Under the pieces are notes generated by a model that had not been told where the DNA came from, searched no databases, and saw nothing but the letters and a program-made list of their open reading frames with translations. The position numbers and the translations under genes were made by a program. A stretch of 64,000 bases of DNA from assembly GCA_047285805.1 (NCBI GenBank), contig JBJBCN010000002.1, positions 256,001-320,000 on the forward strand, given 5' to 3'. Positions 61,516 through 64,000 of this stretch are shown here, one piece after another (the first letter of the stretch is position 1; each line of letters begins with the position of its first letter). Source of the stretch: Synechococcus sp. GTDB taxonomy: Bacteria; Cyanobacteriota; Cyanobacteriia; PCC-6307; Cyanobiaceae.

Positions 61516-61770
61516 TTAGCCGTCGGGCGACCAGTGGTCGATGATGCCGCCGATCGTGAGATCGGTGAACAGGCTGGCGTTGCCGGTGGCGTGGCGGGCA
61601 GCGGAGCCACTCGCGGTGAAGACCCAGTTGCCGGGGGAGGCCCCAACCGGATCGGTGGCGACGTTCAACTTGCCCTTGGAGTTGCGCAAGATCCGCAGGT
61701 TTTGGTGGGCGAAGCCCTCCACCCTTTGGGTGCAGACCATCGATCCCATCACCTGCATGATCTCCATCAC
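61516..61770 (-). CDS. csoS4B: Carboxysome vertex protein B
   Basis: VATDPVGA.PGNWVF..SGSAAR...TDLTIGGIIDHW. Confidence 0.93.
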   Translation of the reverse strand: MMEIMQVMGSMVCTQRVEGFAHQNLRILRNSKGKLNVATDPVGASPGNWVFTASGSAARHATGNASLFTDLTIGGIIDHWSPDG

Positions 61771-62057
61771 TTGGCTCCCCCTTGGGGTTTGCCCGCCGCC
61801 ATCTCTTTGCCTGCGTCGGGATCCCAGTGATCGATGATCCCGACGATCGTCAGATCGCTCGGATAGGACTTGCTGCCGGCCGCTTCACGGGCCGCGGAGC
61901 TACCGACGCAAATCACCCAATCGCCGGGGATGGCACCAACGGCATCGACAGCCACTTTCTGGGTGCTGCCATCAAGCACGACCTGGAGGTGTTTGTGCTG
62001 GAAGTCCGCGATGCGGTTGGTGGAAACCAGTGGCTTCAGCACTTTGCAGATCAACAT
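61767..62057 (-). CDS. csoS4A: Carboxysome vertex protein A
   Basis: LVSTNRI...VAVDAVG..PGDWV..GSSAAR...SDLTIVGIIDHW. Confidence 0.93.
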   Translation of the reverse strand: MLICKVLKPLVSTNRIADFQHKHLQVVLDGSTQKVAVDAVGAIPGDWVICVGSSAAREAAGSKSYPSDLTIVGIIDHWDPDAGKEMAAGKPQGGAK

Positions 62058-62058
62058 T

Positions 62059-63810
62059 TCAGTGCCCCCCTCCTGTGTTGAACGTGATTGAGGAACTTAC
62101 GGTCTCGGCCGGAATGTGCCGATCGCGATCCCGCACGGTGAGCAGGGTGTGCAAAAGCCCTTGCTCACAGAGTTCGCTGTAACGGGCCTCGATGGCAGCC
62201 TTCACCCGCTCGCAGTGCTGGATCGCACGTTCGCGGGCACCAGGAACAGCGCCGTGGTAATCGAAACGAAGCACCACCGGAATCGGTAGACCGCGGGAGA
62301 CGTTGAGGCCCTTGAAAATCTTGACCCCGACATCGAGATCGGGAGCGCCTTCTTCAACGGTGTCCATGTAGGCGAAGTAAGTCAGGTTGCGGAGGTGGAT
62401 CTCCTTGAAGCCGATGCCCACACCAATGAAGCGCTCGGCGTGGCCGAAATCGCTGTAGCTGCCGCCGTGGTACTGGCGGACGTAATCGATCTGAGAGAGG
62501 TTGTTCTCGATCAGTCGGCTGATCAGCTTGACCATGCCCTGATCGGGGGCCCCGGCTGCGGCCGTGGTGACCTGCTTCTCGATCTCATCGCGAGCCTGGT
62601 CCGCGCGCATGCCGCGGGTGGCCTCATAGACGTCGCGGGCATCGAGCCAGCTCTCCAGGTTGGTGCTGCCGTCGGCACCTGGCACGTGGACCCGAATGGC
62701 ATCGGTGTCCGTGTCCATGCCGATCAGCAACAGATCAACTGAGGCCCCGCAGCAGAAGCTGTTTTCGACAGCTTGTTGGAAGTCCTGCAGACGTTGCAAC
62801 CCCTGGGCGGCAGCGGCGCTGTCATCACTGCCATGGGCGGCGCAGCCTTCGTGGCAGGGGTCCTTCGAGCTGAAGTGGTAGACGACCGTTTTGAGGTAAC
62901 GGGTGTCGGCGTGGGCTGGGTTCGGAAGCCCTTCGCGGTAACGCCGGTGCTCAGTTTTGACCCAGCGGTCGACGGTGTTCTCGACGTCGAACATCGCACC
63001 GGCATGGGAGCGGCGTCGCACCGAGCTGAAGGGCAGCCTCAGCGCGTAGGCGATCGCATGGGCCAGGCGACCATCTGCGCAAGGGGTGACATCCAAGAGA
63101 TGGAAGCCGCACTCCAGCAGGAAGGCGTTGAAGTCTTCTGCGTCGCTGCTGCCGGATTGGGCCGCCAGAGGATCGTCGTTGAAGAATGAGAGGCTGGCTT
63201 GCTCGTAGGCCTCAAAGACGCACCAGGCAAAGAGGGTGCGCATGTCCAGTTGCGCGGTCCATGCGGTCTCGAGGATCGGCTGGGGCAGCTCATGTCCCAG
63301 CTCAGCGATGGCCAGGCGCTGGGCCTGCTCAACAAAATTGTTCTCGTGCTGGAGCGCTGAAAGGCGCTTCAAGACGGGCACGATCCGATCAAAGGAGCCG
63401 AGGGTCTGCTCCTCGTAAGCCCTTAGGGCGGCGTTGGCTTGGCCGTTGCTGAGTGGATTGAGTCCACCGGAACGGATGGAACCGGCCGAGAGGCCCCCGC
63501 TGGAACTGCGGTCCAGAACGACCTGGGTCGCAACAGGGCGAACGCGGCGTGTGTTCCCCAACTTGGTGCTGACCACCGCACTGGAGGGTTTCTTGGCCCT
63601 GGGGCCACTGGGGCGTGTCGCACCGCGAGGGGTGCGGGAGGCGTTCGCCAATTCACGCTGACGCAGAACCTTGCTGAAGGCACTGCTGGGGTTGAGCTCA
63701 GCGGGGGAGTCCGCTGGATTGGCCGAGACCGGGTCCCCAGTGCCGCGTTGGCGACGGCTGGGGGCCGTTGGTGCTAGCGGCCGCTCGTTATTGGCGGAAC
63801 GCTGAGGCAT
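62059..63810 (-). CDS. csoSCA: Carboxysomal carbonic anhydrase
   Basis: PCADGRL, HFS....HEGCAAHGS and DTDTD motifs. Confidence 0.95.
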   Translation of the reverse strand: MPQRSANNERPLAPTAPSRRQRGTGDPVSANPADSPAELNPSSAFSKVLRQRELANASRTPRGATRPSGPRAKKPSSAVVSTKLGNTRRVRPVATQVVLDRSSSGGLSAGSIRSGGLNPLSNGQANAALRAYEEQTLGSFDRIVPVLKRLSALQHENNFVEQAQRLAIAELGHELPQPILETAWTAQLDMRTLFAWCVFEAYEQASLSFFNDDPLAAQSGSSDAEDFNAFLLECGFHLLDVTPCADGRLAHAIAYALRLPFSSVRRRSHAGAMFDVENTVDRWVKTEHRRYREGLPNPAHADTRYLKTVVYHFSSKDPCHEGCAAHGSDDSAAAAQGLQRLQDFQQAVENSFCCGASVDLLLIGMDTDTDAIRVHVPGADGSTNLESWLDARDVYEATRGMRADQARDEIEKQVTTAAAGAPDQGMVKLISRLIENNLSQIDYVRQYHGGSYSDFGHAERFIGVGIGFKEIHLRNLTYFAYMDTVEEGAPDLDVGVKIFKGLNVSRGLPIPVVLRFDYHGAVPGARERAIQHCERVKAAIEARYSELCEQGLLHTLLTVRDRDRHIPAETVSSSITFNTGGGH

Positions 63811-63823
63811 GTCGAAGTGCTCC

Positions 63824-64000
63824 TCAGCCCCGGGCGCCGCCGGAGACGGTGATCAGAGAGCCCTGATCGGTGCTGCCGCTGGAGCCGGTCACCTTGTTGT
63901 TGGGAGCAGGAACTTCGTCGTTTCGCTTGGGCTGAACGCCGGGCATGGCACTCATCGGACCCACGCGGGTGGGGTTCCGGCGACGGGCCGAACGGCCCTC
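63824..64000 (-). CDS. csoS2: Carboxysome scaffold CsoS2, C-terminal end only
   Basis: Ends ...VTGSSGSTDQGSLITVSGGARG*, the conserved CsoS2 C-terminal peptide. Confidence 0.9.
   Translation of the reverse strand, partial: EGRSARRRNPTRVGPMSAMPGVQPKRNDEVPAPNNKVTGSSGSTDQGSLITVSGGARG

Noticed and set aside
1..64000. HIP1 octamer GCGATCGC as a repeat family
   Set aside because: Only scattered occurrences noticed; enrichment over GC-rich background cannot be claimed without counting

Overview
The window looks like picocyanobacterial (Cyanobium/Synechococcus-type) chromosome, inferred from the alpha-carboxysome genes, hli genes and Yfr-type sRNAs. It has two parts. (1) About 1-43.1 kb is a variable island running from the 3' part of a gpgS-like gene to the 3' end of tRNA-Pro(UGG). 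It has no recognisable integrase or transposase. It holds many very small ORFs, several pseudogenes and some recognisable cargo: ppk2, a stand-alone mreB paralogue, two hli genes under an HLR1 box, a BicA-like SulP, a P450, an SPFH protein, DoxX, and two glutamine-riboswitch/DUF4278 units. (2) About 43.2-64 kb is core genome: M23 peptidase, AlkB-like, RidA, FutC-like ATPase, gloB, hisG, ABC exporter, GNAT, glycosyltransferases, HtrA, dnaA, and the distal end of the alpha-carboxysome/CO2-uptake cluster (csoS2 end, csoSCA, csoS4A/B, csoS1E, ferritin-like, ndhF4-ndhD4-chpX, acRAF, cbbX). The most striking signal not explained by the ORF track is non-coding. Besides a Yfr2/Yfr1-like sRNA cluster at the left edge, the island carries three dispersed families of apparently structured, strand-biased RNA elements. 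Family A has 4 copies of about 300-370 nt on the minus strand, three behind an exact GGCAAT-N14-ATTGCC palindrome and one behind a degenerate version. Family B has about 8 copies of about 110 nt on the minus strand, with three hairpins behind a GCCATRRC box. Family C has 4-5 copies of about 60 nt on the plus strand, built as hairpin-AGG(G)A-terminator. All calls were made by eye; no database searches were run.
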